64,000 nucleotides of DNA from Myxococcales bacterium (GCA_047601445.1 JASGJH010000001.1:3552001-3616000); one strand, 5' to 3'. Positions 18,790 to 29,809 are shown, numbered from the stretch's first letter. Translations and numbers: made by a program. Notes: generated from the letters alone by a model not told the origin.

Positions 18790-20647
18790 ATGCGCTCGCG
18801 CTTTCAACGGGAAGAGGAACGGGCCTGGACCGAGCAGATGGTGGGGGCCAAGCGTCGCTGGTTCACGGCGGCCCTGGGCAACGTGTTGCTGCTCGCTGTG
18901 GTCTTGGGGCTGCCCTTTTGGCGCGGTGTGCGACGGGCCAAGGACGTGTGGCCTCGCTACGCGCGCGCGGCGTCGTGCCTGCTTGGGGGCAAGCCCGCGA
19001 GTCAGCCGGGACTGGGCAAGCTGCCGGCGCTGGAAGCGCACTTCGGCGCGCAGGTGCTGAAGGCACTCGCGAAGGGCGACACGGGCTGGACCGCGCGCTG
19101 CGACTCGGAGCTCGCGAAGCTGGTCCCCGAGCCGGCCATCTTCGTGTGGCCACCTGCCAAGGAAGGCGAGCTGCGGGTGCGCGAGGCGGTGCGCGTGCTG
19201 CGCGCTGAGCTCTCGAAGTTGCGTGGATACCGCGGGGAGTCGCGCGTGCCCCACGACCCGGTGCGCGCCATCGAGCAGCTCCATCGCGAGCTGGAAGGTC
19301 ACGCCGAGCGCGCCGGGATCATCGATTTGCCGCCGCAGGCCGCGCTGCACTTCGACGAGCCCGCGGCGGCGCTGGCGCGCCCGAGCAGAATCCCCATCTA
19401 TGCGGGCTCCGACGCGGTGATTTCGCTGTGGGGCGACGACGCGGCGCTGTCGGTGGTCGCCGTCGACCGCACCGGGATGTCGTTCTTGAGCGCGCGCGCG
19501 GGCCACGTGGAGCAGTCGGTGCGCCACGTGCGCCCGCCGCTGCTCGAGGGCTTCGTCCACGAGCCACGGGGCGACTTCTTGCTGTGGGCGCTGGCGCGCG
19601 AGAAGTGCAGGAGCCGCAGCGGGGGTTGCGAAGGTAAATCGATGGGCGTCTCGCAGGTGGCCATGCCGCTGACGAACGTGCGCGCGCCACGCTGGATCGC
19701 CTCGCACCCGAGTGGACGCCTGGACCGCAGCGTGCTCGCTCCCACGGCCCATGGTGACTTGTGGCTGCTGCTGGCCGAGGGCCCCCAACGCCGCAGCGAG
19801 CTGCGTGGCTTCGCGCTGTCGGAGCAGCCTGGAGGCTACGCGGAGTCGGAGCTCGCGCCCCTCCGCTGGAGCTTCAGCACTCCGATCGCAGGGGAACCGC
19901 TAGGGCTCATTCAGTTGCCGAGTCGCAGTCTCGCCCTCAGCGCGAGTGCGCAGCAAGAGGGCCGCACCGAGTTCGTGGCGCGCGTGCTCGAGGGCGCGGC
20001 GCCGAGCGGTCCATCCGACACTCAGATCGCCCTGGCCAGCCTGCCCGCCGCAGATCCTCCATGGGCCGCCTACTGCACCGCGGGAGACGGCGCGGCGCTC
20101 GCGCTCGGCACCACCGGCCAACTGTTGCCGGTCCTGCTGAGCGGCGACCAGGTGCACCGCTGGCAGCCGATTGCGCTCGAGCTCGGTAGCGTGTTGCACG
20201 AGCGCGACCCCGTGCGGGACCGCGTGCTGAGCCTGTGCGTGCCAGGCGGCTTTTTGGCCTTCGCGCGCAGCAGCGACGACAAGCTGTGGCAGATCCGCTG
20301 CGAGGATACGGGTGAGGAATGCCGCAAGGAGCTCGTCGCCGAGCACGTCACGGGCTTCAGTGGGCTCCAGAGTGGGCAGGCGCTGGTACTCGCCTACGCG
20401 GGCCACGAGGAGCGCGCGCAGATTCGCGTGCAGCGCTTCGACCTCGCGGGCCACGCCCTGGGCAAGCCTGTGCTCCCGAGCCCCTGCTGGGATCCGCGAG
20501 GCGGCATGTGCGACCAACCGCGCCTGCACAAGCTCGGGTCTCGCTTGCTGTTGAGTGCCCGTGACGAGACCGATTCTGGTGGTGCTCGAGTCCCCCGACG
20601 ACGGCGCTTCTTGGCGCAGCGCGGGCGGCATCCCGTTGTCACCGTGA
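18790..20647 (+). CDS. Hypothetical single-TM protein with large Cys-containing extracytoplasmic region (frameshift at 20572-20576)
   Basis: AGGAG RBS and N-terminal TM. One-base removal gives TDLVVLESPDDGASWRSAGGIPLSP-stop (Asp-box-like) and removes the overlap with the convergent kinase. Confidence 0.7.
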
Positions 20648-20681
20648 CGCGCCTGCCCTCGCCCTCTCCTCTCGCTGGAGC

Positions 20682-22814
20682 TCAGGCCTCGTCTTCGGCT
20701 TGCGCCGGGATCTCGGTCGGACCGTTGGGCGCCACCACGCGCAGCAGGGAGCCCACCGCGAAGGGCTTCGCGAGGAAATCGATACCCGTGTCGCGCAGTG
20801 CGGAGAGGCGCGACGGCGAGGGCGAATAGCCGGACATCACCACGAAGTGCGCGCGTGCCTGCATCTCGCGCAAGCGACCCACGGCGTCGAGTTCGTCATC
20901 GCTGCCGAGCACGATGTCCACCAGCATGGTGTCGAAGGGCTGCTTCTCGGCCGCCGTGATGGCCTGGCTCGCGTTGGCAGCCGTCACCACGCGGTGCCCA
21001 GCCATCTCCAGGAGGCGCGCGATCAGCTCACGGATCCGTTCCTCGTCGTCCACCACCAGCACCGTGCGCCCCTGGGCCGTCGAACTCGTGTTCGCGATGT
21101 ACTCCGGCTTGCGCTGCGGCAGGTCGGCCGCGCGCGGCAGGTAGACGCGGAAGGTGGAGCCCTCTCCTGGCGCGGAGTCCACGGTCAGCGTGCCCCCCAC
21201 CTGGCGCGCCACACCGAAGCTCGTCGAGAGCCCGAGCCCGGTGCCTTTGCCCGCAGCCTTGGTCGTAAAAAATGGCTCGAAAATCCGCGATTTCACGTCC
21301 GGATCGATGCCCGAGCCGGTGTCGGCCACTTCGATGACGATGTGTTCGCCCGCCTGCAAGTCGGCGACCTCCGAGGTGGCGATCTGGCGGTCGCTCACGC
21401 GCACGTGCAAGCGGCCGCCCTCTGCCATGGCGTCGCGCGCGTTGACCGCCAGGTTCATGATGATCTGCTCGAGAGCCCCCGTGCTCAGCTGCGCGTGCCA
21501 GACCGAACCCGAGGTGTCGAGCGAGAGCCGGATGCTCTGACCCACCGCGCGCGACAGCAGGGGCTCCAGGTCGCGGATCACCTTGGCGGGTGCGGTGTAG
21601 CCCTCGGGCAAGACCTGCCTGCGTGCGAACGACAGGAGCTGCCCCGTAAGGAGGGCCGCCTTCTGCACCGCGTCGTCGATGATCTGCAGGTCGCGCTGAC
21701 CGCGCTGCTGGCTCGGGATTTGACTGCGCAGCATCGAGGCGCACGATCCGATGACCGCCAGCAGGTTGTTGAAGTCGTGGGCGACGCCCCCTGCCAATCG
21801 TCCGAGCGCGTCCATCCTGCGCACGGCTTCCAACTCGGCGCTCAAGGCCTGCAGATCGGTGATGTCGCGCGAGGTGATGGCCACCAGCCGCTGGTCGTCG
21901 ATCTGCACGCCGAGCATCCTCAGGTGGAAGGTCCGATACGTACCTTCCTTGGAACGCAGCCTCGCGACCACCTCGCGCGCCTGCCCCTGCAACGCCTCCC
22001 GGAATGCTTTGCCAGCCGCCTCGCGGTCTTCTGCATGGAGCAGCCAGGGAGCCGCCTTGTCCGTCAGCTCGGCGGGCGAGATGCCAAGGATGCGCTCGTA
22101 GGAGGCGCTCACGAAGGTATGACGACCCTTGGAATCGAGCACGGCCACCAGATCGCTGACCTGATCCGCCACCAATCGGAAACGGCGCTCTGCTGCCGCC
22201 GCCGCCGCCTGCGCCTCGGATGCCGCCCGGGCGCCCTCCAGCTGCTGCCGCATGGAACGGCGCTCCGCCAGGGCCGACGAGATGCCCGCCACAGCGCCCA
22301 ACAACGCGAAGAACAGCGGCGCTCCCAGCGCACGCGCCGCGAGCGTGGCGTCGGCCCCTTGCGAGATCCTCGCGAACAGCAAGAGCGGGATGGCCAGCAC
22401 CGTGCAGACCGATGCCATGATGGTGCCCTGCAGGTTGAGCGTGGCGGCCGCGATCAGCGGGATGATGCCGCTGAACATGATGGTGTTCGAGGCCTCGCTC
22501 AGCTCGAGAACCGTAAGCGCAGACGTCCAGTGCTGCGCGAGCATGGTCGTCAGCATTACGGCCGACGCGTACCAGTCGCCGGAACGCTTCGCGAGCAGGT
22601 GGGCCAGCAGATAACCCGCGATCGACACAACGCTCACGACGATGGTGGAGCGGGGCGCTCCGAGCACCACCATCTGCACGTTAGCCAGCACCGAAAGGGC
22701 GCCCAGCAGGGCACTGACCTCCCGTACGAACATGCGGCGTCGCGCCTGCTGGGCGACGAGCAGACGTTCACCAGGCGTCACTGCGCTTGGAGTCGAGGAA
22801 ACTGCTTCTTCCAT
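20682..22814 (-). CDS. Membrane hybrid sensor histidine kinase (TM-PAS-HisKA-HATPase-REC)
   Basis: About five TM helices, PAS, AHDFNNLL, NLAVNARDAM, DTGSG, FEPFFTTK..GKGTGLGL, receiver VLVVDDE...KPF. Confidence 0.95.
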   Translation of the reverse strand: MEEAVSSTPSAVTPGERLLVAQQARRRMFVREVSALLGALSVLANVQMVVLGAPRSTIVVSVVSIAGYLLAHLLAKRSGDWYASAVMLTTMLAQHWTSALTVLELSEASNTIMFSGIIPLIAAATLNLQGTIMASVCTVLAIPLLLFARISQGADATLAARALGAPLFFALLGAVAGISSALAERRSMRQQLEGARAASEAQAAAAAAERRFRLVADQVSDLVAVLDSKGRHTFVSASYERILGISPAELTDKAAPWLLHAEDREAAGKAFREALQGQAREVVARLRSKEGTYRTFHLRMLGVQIDDQRLVAITSRDITDLQALSAELEAVRRMDALGRLAGGVAHDFNNLLAVIGSCASMLRSQIPSQQRGQRDLQIIDDAVQKAALLTGQLLSFARRQVLPEGYTAPAKVIRDLEPLLSRAVGQSIRLSLDTSGSVWHAQLSTGALEQIIMNLAVNARDAMAEGGRLHVRVSDRQIATSEVADLQAGEHIVIEVADTGSGIDPDVKSRIFEPFFTTKAAGKGTGLGLSTSFGVARQVGGTLTVDSAPGEGSTFRVYLPRAADLPQRKPEYIANTSSTAQGRTVLVVDDEERIRELIARLLEMAGHRVVTAANASQAITAAEKQPFDTMLVDIVLGSDDELDAVGRLREMQARAHFVVMSGYSPSPSRLSALRDTGIDFLAKPFAVGSLLRVVAPNGPTEIPAQAEDEA

Positions 22815-22937
22815 AGATGGCGTCGCTGAGCGCTGCCCTTGGGGGCTATGTTAGCCCAGTCTGCTCGTGCTCGCGACGAGACCGCGTCAGGTTCCGCGCA
22901 GCACCGCCCCAGCCCCGAACGCGGACTATGCGTTCCT

Positions 22938-23762
22938 TCACAGCGCAGTGGCAAAGCGCACGGCAGCCTGCACTTGAACAGCCGTCGGGCGCAGCCCGGT
23001 GTAGAGCTCGAACTGATCCAGGGCCTGCAGCGCGATCACTTCGGTGCCCGTAATCACTCGCTTTCCAGCCTGAAGCGCCGCCAGAATCAGCGGCGTTTCC
23101 GCTGGATTGGCCACCACGTCGAAGACGATGTCGGCGGCCTCCACGAGGTCACGGGGGAATGCGAGCTCGGCGGCCACCGCGGTCCCTGTCATGCCGATTG
23201 GCGTCACGTTGATCAGCAGCTCGGCTTTCACCCCTATGAGCGAATCTCGAAAATCGTAGTCACATGCCTGCGCAAGGGCTCTGCCCGCTCCCTGATTGCG
23301 CGCCACGATGGTACCTCGCCGGTAGCCAGCGTCGCGCAGCGCGGAGGCCACCGCCTTGGCCATGCCGCCGCTGCCACGCAGCACGAAACGGACCTCGCGA
23401 GGCACCGCATGCTGCTGGAGCAAGGAGCGCACGGCGTTGTAGTCCGTGTTGTGACCGACGAGTCGCCCAGCCTCGTTCACGATGGTGTTCACCGACGCGA
23501 TGGCCCGAGCCGAGGGCCCGAGCTCGTCGAGCAGCGGAATGCAGGCTTCCTTGAACGGCATGGAGATGGCGCAGCCGCGAATACCGAGGGCGCGCACGCC
23601 AGCGATGGCCGCCTGCAGGTCCGTGGTCGTGAAGGCCTTGTAGAGGTAGTCGAGCCCCAGCGCTTCGTAGAGGTGATTGTGAAAGCGCGAGCCGAAGGTG
23701 CCGGGGCGGCCGGCCAGGGACATGCAGACGACGGTGTCGCGTCCGATCGTGAGACGAGTCAC
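22938..23762 (-). CDS. Shikimate dehydrogenase-like protein (SdhL subgroup)
   Basis: CMSLAGRPG.FG.RFHN, RGCAISMPFK, SVNTI, NTDY, GSGGMAKA, NVTPIGM and QFELYTG. Confidence 0.92.
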   Translation of the reverse strand: MTRLTIGRDTVVCMSLAGRPGTFGSRFHNHLYEALGLDYLYKAFTTTDLQAAIAGVRALGIRGCAISMPFKEACIPLLDELGPSARAIASVNTIVNEAGRLVGHNTDYNAVRSLLQQHAVPREVRFVLRGSGGMAKAVASALRDAGYRRGTIVARNQGAGRALAQACDYDFRDSLIGVKAELLINVTPIGMTGTAVAAELAFPRDLVEAADIVFDVVANPAETPLILAALQAGKRVITGTEVIALQALDQFELYTGLRPTAVQVQAAVRFATAL

Positions 23763-23765
23763 TCG

Positions 23766-24323
23766 TTATTCCAGATCTGCAGCAAGCGCGGCGCGCTGCT
23801 CGATGCGAAACAGGGTTTGGCTGCGGTCGTCGCTCCACGTGTAGAGCGCGAGCTCCGTAAGCCGCGCGGTGATTTCTGGCAACGCCAGGGCACGCGCCCA
23901 GTCTAGCGCTCGGGTGCGCTCGGCGTGACTCGCGGCGCGCCTGGGTCTCGCCAACGTGACGTGGGCCAGCGGCGGCCGCGCGTCGTGCTGCGCCTCGGCG
24001 GCATCCCAGGCCAGCGCACGCACCGCCCCCATGGCGTGCTCCACCTCGCTCCGTCCGCGTGCCAGCAGGGCGGAGAATGCGGAAGGGCGGCGGGGCGAAC
24101 CGAGGGCCTCGATGGCGCCGAGCGACACCTCGATGGCCTTGAGCGGAATGTCGCGGGCAGCCTGGAAGGCGGCCAGGGCGCGCCCGGGGGAGACGGGCCC
24201 CAGGAAGGCCACGGTGATGTGCCGGTCCGCGCGCGCAAACAGACGAACACCTGGCGGAGCTGCAAATTGCTCCAGGTCCAGCTCGAATGAGATCGGCAAC
24301 GCGACGAACCAGTTGGCACTCAC
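23766..24323 (-). CDS. thpR: RNA 2',3'-cyclic phosphodiesterase (2H phosphoesterase)
   Basis: WFVAL start and two HxT motifs (HITVAFLG, HVTLAR); GTG at 24323; stop 3 bp before the SdhL start. Confidence 0.85.
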   Translation of the reverse strand: MSANWFVALPISFELDLEQFAAPPGVRLFARADRHITVAFLGPVSPGRALAAFQAARDIPLKAIEVSLGAIEALGSPRRPSAFSALLARGRSEVEHAMGAVRALAWDAAEAQHDARPPLAHVTLARPRRAASHAERTRALDWARALALPEITARLTELALYTWSDDRSQTLFRIEQRAALAADLE

Positions 24324-24494
24324 GATGCTGTCGTCATGCCGCTCGCCGAGACCTGACGCAAAGCACCCGGCGCGTACATCCCCGCCCAGGAACACGCAGA
24401 CCCGCTTGTCAACAGCGTCAAGTAGCTGGTTCAACTCACTATTGTCGGAGCCCAGGGAAGCTCCCGCGGAGCCTGGCCGTAGTGAATTTCCAAG

Positions 24495-25619
24495 TTGTCC
24501 GTTACCAGTGAAGAGACGAGCGAGCGCCAATCCGTGGACGATGTCCTCGGTCCGGTCCGAGCGCTGATCGCCCAGCTGACCAGGTCGAGCGCGCTGGAGC
24601 GCGGAGACATGGAGGGCGCGCTGGCCCAGCTCACGGAGTCCTCCTCGCTGGCCCTGCGTGTGGAGCGGGTAAGCGTATGGCATTTCAACGATGACCTCAG
24701 CGAGCTGACCTGCCTCGACGCCTACTCCCGCACCGAGCACCGCCACGAGCGCGGCGCCAAGCTCGTGGCGCGCGCCACCCCCGCCTATTTCAAAGCGCTG
24801 TGCGAAGAGCGCACCATCGCGGCCCACGACGCGCGCCAGGATCCTCGCACCCAGGAATTCGGGGCGCAGTATCTCCAGGAGCACGGCATCGCCTCCATGC
24901 TCGATGCTCCCATCCTGCTCGAAGGTCGCCTGGTGGGCGTGGTGTGTCACGAGCACGTCGGCGCTCCGCGTCGCTTCCGAGCCTGGGAGGAGCTCGTGGC
25001 GGGGACGTTCGCGGATTTTGGCGCCATGGTGCTCGGCGCCGCAGCCCGAGCGCGTCAGGCCCAGGACTTGGAGGACGCCCAGCGGCGCCTGGACGAGCAG
25101 CAGCGCCTGGAGAACGAGCTCCGGGAGCTAGCGAGCACCGACGCGTTGACCGGCACCCTCAATCGCCGCCGCATGTTCGAGATCGCCGAGTCGGAGCTGC
25201 TGGTCGCAGCCCGCTCGCAGCGTCCGCTGGCACTCGCCATGCTCGACGTGGATCACTTCAAGGCAGTCAACGACCGCTTCGGTCACTTGGTGGGAGACGA
25301 CGCGCTGCGCCGCATCGCGCTCGCTGCACGCGGGGCCCTGCGTCGTCAGGACTACGTCGCGCGTTACGGCGGCGAGGAGCTCGTCGTGTTGTTGCCAGGC
25401 ACGGACCTCGACGCAGCGCGGCGGGTCATCGAGCGCGTGCGAGCGGAGGTGGCGTCGCTGCGTCTTTCCCGTGAAGGCGAGCCAGTGCCGCTCAGCGTAA
25501 GCGCCGGCGTAGTGAGCTACCAACCGTTCGAGTCGCTGAAGGAACTCCTGGAGCGCGCAGATAGCGCGCTGTATGAGGCCAAGACACGCGGCCGAAACTG
25601 TGTGGTAGCGGAGAGTTAG
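24495..25619 (+). CDS. GAF-domain diguanylate cyclase
   Basis: GAF (RVSVW...SMLDAPI...GVVCHEH); TDALTG, DVDHFKAVNDRFGH, RxxD I-site RRQD and GGEEL. Confidence 0.93.
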   Translation: MSVTSEETSERQSVDDVLGPVRALIAQLTRSSALERGDMEGALAQLTESSSLALRVERVSVWHFNDDLSELTCLDAYSRTEHRHERGAKLVARATPAYFKALCEERTIAAHDARQDPRTQEFGAQYLQEHGIASMLDAPILLEGRLVGVVCHEHVGAPRRFRAWEELVAGTFADFGAMVLGAAARARQAQDLEDAQRRLDEQQRLENELRELASTDALTGTLNRRRMFEIAESELLVAARSQRPLALAMLDVDHFKAVNDRFGHLVGDDALRRIALAARGALRRQDYVARYGGEELVVLLPGTDLDAARRVIERVRAEVASLRLSREGEPVPLSVSAGVVSYQPFESLKELLERADSALYEAKTRGRNCVVAES

Positions 25620-25739
25620 GAAGTGCGCTGCGCGTGAGTGCCCACGGCGCTTGCGTCCCTCGTTGGCAACTTCGAGGTTTCGCTGTCGCTCCACCTTCGT
25701 TCTGGAGTACCGTCGAAGGAACAAGAACGGAGGCCAGGC

Positions 25740-26654
25740 ATGCGCTCTCCATTTCTCGTTCGCGTTCTCGTTCCCGCACTCGTTCCCTCTCTACGTGCCT
25801 TCAAGACATGCGCGCTCGGTGCGCTGATGTCGGCTGCCATCGCGCAGGCGCACGTCGCCAGCGCGCAGACCGGCGCCGTGTCTGGCAGGCCCGACCTGAG
25901 CCCCACTGCCGCGGCCCACACGATGCTCCTTCCCGTGATGGACGCCCCGCGAGAGGCGCCCGCGAAGGCCGCCGAAAGCCAGCAGACTCCGGAGGATCCA
26001 CGCGGCCTTCCCGCCATCGAGGACCCGGAGTTGCCAGGACTCGAGCGCCGCGCCGACGGCAGCTATCGCTTCCAGGGGACCAACTTCAGCGCAGTGATTC
26101 CACGCGACGGACAGGTGAAGTTTCGAAACTCCTTCTTCGGATTCTCGCGCCGCATGGCCCCGCTCGCCCCACCTCCACGGGACCTCGACCCCACGCCGAG
26201 CGGCGCCCGCATCCCACAGACCACCCCGTTGCTCGCGGCCCAATTCCGCATCGACTTCCAGGGCTACCTTCAGAGCCGACTCGGTGATGACCCCTACCTC
26301 TCCGAGCGCCGCTGGTTCCTCGATCGCACGCGCGAGCTGCGCGACAGCCTGAGCGCCCGCAGCTTCATCCTCTCGTTGCGCGCGGCATTGTTGAAGGTTT
26401 GGAGCGCGGCTGGCGAGAACCTCGCGCAGCGCAAGCGTGAGACGTTCGAACTCTGGAACCAGACTGGCGACGATGAGCGGGGTGAAGCCGCACGCAAGCT
26501 GGTCCTCACGTTCGTGCGCGAACGCTGCCCGCAGCGCTCGTCGTGCGAGTTTCGGCCCGCCGAGCTCAAGCGCCTCAACGACAAGCGCAGCCACGCGGAG
26601 GCGTTCGCGCCTTACGCTCCTGTGGCGCGCAATCGAGCCACACCAGCGCCGTGA
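25740..26654 (+). CDS. Hypothetical exported protein
   Basis: Ala-rich signal-like N-terminus; conserved-looking segments DGSYRF...FSAVI.RDGQVKF, GDDPY..ERRWFL..TRELR and FELW; coding-like codon usage. Start uncertain. Confidence 0.6.
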   Translation: MRSPFLVRVLVPALVPSLRAFKTCALGALMSAAIAQAHVASAQTGAVSGRPDLSPTAAAHTMLLPVMDAPREAPAKAAESQQTPEDPRGLPAIEDPELPGLERRADGSYRFQGTNFSAVIPRDGQVKFRNSFFGFSRRMAPLAPPPRDLDPTPSGARIPQTTPLLAAQFRIDFQGYLQSRLGDDPYLSERRWFLDRTRELRDSLSARSFILSLRAALLKVWSAAGENLAQRKRETFELWNQTGDDERGEAARKLVLTFVRERCPQRSSCEFRPAELKRLNDKRSHAEAFAPYAPVARNRATPAP

Positions 26655-26898
26655 CGCCTCACTGAACGGCGCCACTGCGCGCGCCGTGACGTCGCGTGGC
26701 GCGATCTCGACAGACTCGTCAGCCCGGTGTTTCGCGGACTTTTCACATCACCTTCCAGTGACCGCCTCGGCTTTCACCCGGAGATTTGCGGGCGATCTTC
26801 CGCGATCTTCGTAGTTGTCAGGCAGACTCCAGAGCTGCATTCTGTTCGCTCGAGCGCGCACCGAGCACTGCGATCTTTGCTTTCTGATGGAGGCGGCA

Positions 26899-28050
26899 AT
26901 GCAGTCACAAGTACAGCTGGCACGTGAAGCCTGGCGGAGTTACGCGTCCACCGGACGTCTGCGCCACGATCTGCTGCGTCCCGAGATCTACCGTTCATGG
27001 CAACGCTGCCATTTCGACCACGTGAGTCCCCGTCAGTTCCGCCCCAAGATCCTCGGACGCTCCGAGTCCGATCGCGTGCGCGCGCTCAATGCTCCGCTCA
27101 TCTACGCCGCCGCGCCCTACCTCAACGCGCTCTCCGAAGCCGCTGGCGATGCTCGACATGCGACGCTGCTCGCGTCCCCCGACGGCACGTTGATCGACCT
27201 ACGCGGCGATGAGATCTCGCTGCAGGGGGCCGACGCCATGCCGCAGCCAGGCACCCTGCTGGCCGAGTCAGCCGCCGGCTCGAACGGGATCGGCACGGCC
27301 ATCGCAGAGGGCAAGTACGTGGAGCTCTACGGAGCCGAGCACTTCATCTCGGGCTTCCACGACCACCTCTGTCTGGGCCTGCCGCTGCGCAACTCCGACG
27401 GTGAGCTCGCGGGCGCGGTCTGCCTCTCGGTGCGCTCCTCCGAGGCCGCGTCTCACTTGCGCGGGCTGTTCTTCGCCGTCGCGCGCGGCATCGAGTGCGA
27501 GCTGCGCGCCGAGACCATGCGCCTGCGCTTGCAGCAGCTTCAACAGGCGACCTCACGCGCTGCCCAGTCGATGGTGCTGCTGCACGAGGAGGTCGACCGC
27601 AGCCGCCTGCAGGCACGCCACGAAATCGCCAGCAGCGTGGAGACGCTGGCCCAGGGCTTTCCGAGTGAACTGCTCGAGCACGCACGCGACAGCCTCGAGC
27701 GCTATCAGCGCAGTGCGCGCACGTGGCAGCTGGCGAGCGGCGTCACGCTGGCCCAACCGATGAGCGCCCACGAGTTGGCCTTCAACGTGGTCGAGCTGCT
27801 GCAGCACGAGGCCCGCCTGCTGCGCGTCCGACTCGAGTTCGGCACCCACTCGGAACCCAGCAGCAGCCTGGCGAACCCGAGTTTCGTGCGGCTGGTCTTG
27901 GGCGAGACCGCGCAAGCACTCCGCAATGTGGGCCCCAAAGGCCAGGTCCGTCTGAGCGTTCAGGGCGATGGCGCGGTGTGCATCCACTCGCAAGCCGAGG
28001 ACGCCTCCCTGTGGATCGAGCGACGGCTGCCGAACCGCATGGCGGCCTGA
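26899..28050 (+). CDS. AcoR-type GAF domain protein lacking the sigma54 ATPase
   Basis: GGAGG RBS; RPEIYRSWQRC, ESAAGSNGIGTA, GAEHF and C...PLR...G...G; then a coiled coil and a degenerate C-terminal domain. Confidence 0.8.
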   Translation: MQSQVQLAREAWRSYASTGRLRHDLLRPEIYRSWQRCHFDHVSPRQFRPKILGRSESDRVRALNAPLIYAAAPYLNALSEAAGDARHATLLASPDGTLIDLRGDEISLQGADAMPQPGTLLAESAAGSNGIGTAIAEGKYVELYGAEHFISGFHDHLCLGLPLRNSDGELAGAVCLSVRSSEAASHLRGLFFAVARGIECELRAETMRLRLQQLQQATSRAAQSMVLLHEEVDRSRLQARHEIASSVETLAQGFPSELLEHARDSLERYQRSARTWQLASGVTLAQPMSAHELAFNVVELLQHEARLLRVRLEFGTHSEPSSSLANPSFVRLVLGETAQALRNVGPKGQVRLSVQGDGAVCIHSQAEDASLWIERRLPNRMAA

Positions 28051-28074
28051 CGGTCCCGAGGCTAAGCCCTTCCC

Positions 28075-29614
28075 ATGAGGGGCACGGACAAGGCGACCTA
28101 TCAGGTCAGCGTGTTGATCGTGGGGGCTGGCATCAGCGGCATTGGCGCCGCCATTCGCGTGCGCGCCGAGGGCATCGAGGATGTCGTGGTGCTCGAGAAG
28201 GCCGAGGAGGTCGGCGGTACCTGGCGGGACAATACCTATCCTGGCTGCGCCTGCGACGTGCCGTCGGCACTGTACTCGTACTCGTTCGCGCAGAAGCAGG
28301 ACTGGAGTCGCTTCTTCGCGGATCAACCGGGAGATCCTGCGCTACGTGCAGGCCACGGCCGAGCGCTTCGACGTGCGCAGGCTGGTGCGCTTCGGAGAAC
28401 CCGTGGAGAGCGCCGCCTGGCACGAACGACGCGCGCGCTGGATCGTGGAGACCCCGCGCGCCCGCTACGAGGCTCGCCTGGTGATCTCCTGTGGGGGCTA
28501 TCTCCACGAGCCGCAGGTCCCCGAGCTACCTGGTCTCGAGAGCTTTCCGGGCACGGTGTTTCACTCGTCGCGCTGGCGCCACGATCATTCGCTGCAGGGT
28601 GAGCGCGTGGCGGTGATCGGCACGGGCGCCTCCGCCATTCAGTTCGTGCCGCGCATTCAACCTCTCGTGCGTAGCCTCACGCTCTTCCAGCGCACGCCGC
28701 AGTGGATCCTGCCCAAGCCCGATGCGGCGCTCGGCGAGCTACCCCAACGTTTGCTCGCGCTGCCCGGCGCGACCGACACCTTGCGGCGCCTCCTCTATCA
28801 CGGCTTCGAGGCACTGGGCGCCGGCTTCCGGCATCCCGAGCTCATGCGCAGCGCGGAGCTCCTGGCCAAGGCTCACCTCGAGCGCGCCGTCGGCGACCGT
28901 GCCCTCCGTCGCAAGCTCACCCCGGACTACGTGCTCGGCTGCAAACGGGTGCTGCTCTCCAACGACTACTACCCTGCCCTCAGCCAACCCAACGTGGAGT
29001 TGCTGGCCACGGGCGTGCGCGAGATCCGCGGGCGCTCGTTGGTGGGCACCGATGGTCAGGCACGCGAAGTCGACACCATCATCTTCGGCACCGGCTTTCA
29101 CGTCTCTGATCCACCGATCGCCACGCGCGTGTTCGGCCGCGATGGACGCTCGCTGGCAGAGGTGTGGGCGGGCAGTCCCGAAGCCCATCGCGGGACCACC
29201 GTGCACGGCTTCCCCAACTCCTTCATGGTGCTCGGTCCCAACCTGGCCATCGGACACAACTCGGCCTTTGTCGTGATCGAGGCCCAGCTCGACTATGTGA
29301 CCAGCGCTCTCCGCAGCATGCGCGAGCACAGGCTCTCGCGCGTGGAGGTGAAGCGCGAAGCCCAGACAGCCTACAACCGCGAGGTGCAGCGAGACCTCGC
29401 AGGCAGCGTTTGGAATGTGGGCGGATGCTCGAGCTACTACCTCGATGCCAACGGCAAGAACAGCATCGGCTTCCCCTGGAGCACGCACACGATGCGCAGA
29501 CTCTTGAGCCGCTTCGACGTGGAGAACTACCTCACCGAGGCTGCCGAAGGGCCCTGGCTGGGAGGTCCGACGCCGGTCGGAGCGAATTCCGGGACCGAAG
29601 GGCTAGCGTATTGA
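28075..29614 (+). CDS. Baeyer-Villiger-type flavin monooxygenase (frameshift at about 28329-28331)
   Basis: GAGISG, GGTWRDNTYPGCACDVPS, FPGTVFHSSRW fingerprint, GTGASAIQ, GCKRVL and GTGF. Removing one G gives FADQPEILRYV. Confidence 0.93.
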
Positions 29615-29736
29615 AATTGTTTGCAATAAAGTGAAGGCCAGGCCACCAAATAGCTGAACATTTGACGAGCATAGAGCACGGGAGTACGGTGCTCTTCAGC
29701 GGGCCTTCTCAAGGGGTCGGCACCTAGTTGAAGTGG

Positions 29737-29773
29737 AGCCCCGGATAGGCATTGGTGCCTATGCCGGGGCTTT
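29737..29773 (+). terminator. Strong hairpin, probable intrinsic terminator
   Basis: AGCCCCGG-ATAGGCA-ttgg-TGCCTAT-g-CCGGGGCT followed by a short T run. Confidence 0.55.
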
Positions 29774-29809
29774 GCCTTATGGTGGCGGCCGCGAAGGTGA
29801 AGTGAAGCC

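Noticed and set aside
23766..24956. 396-aa ORF as a long fusion to the 2H phosphoesterase
   Set aside because: The upstream 211 codons are largely antisense to the diguanylate cyclase; the family begins at WFVAL, consistent with GTG at 24323.
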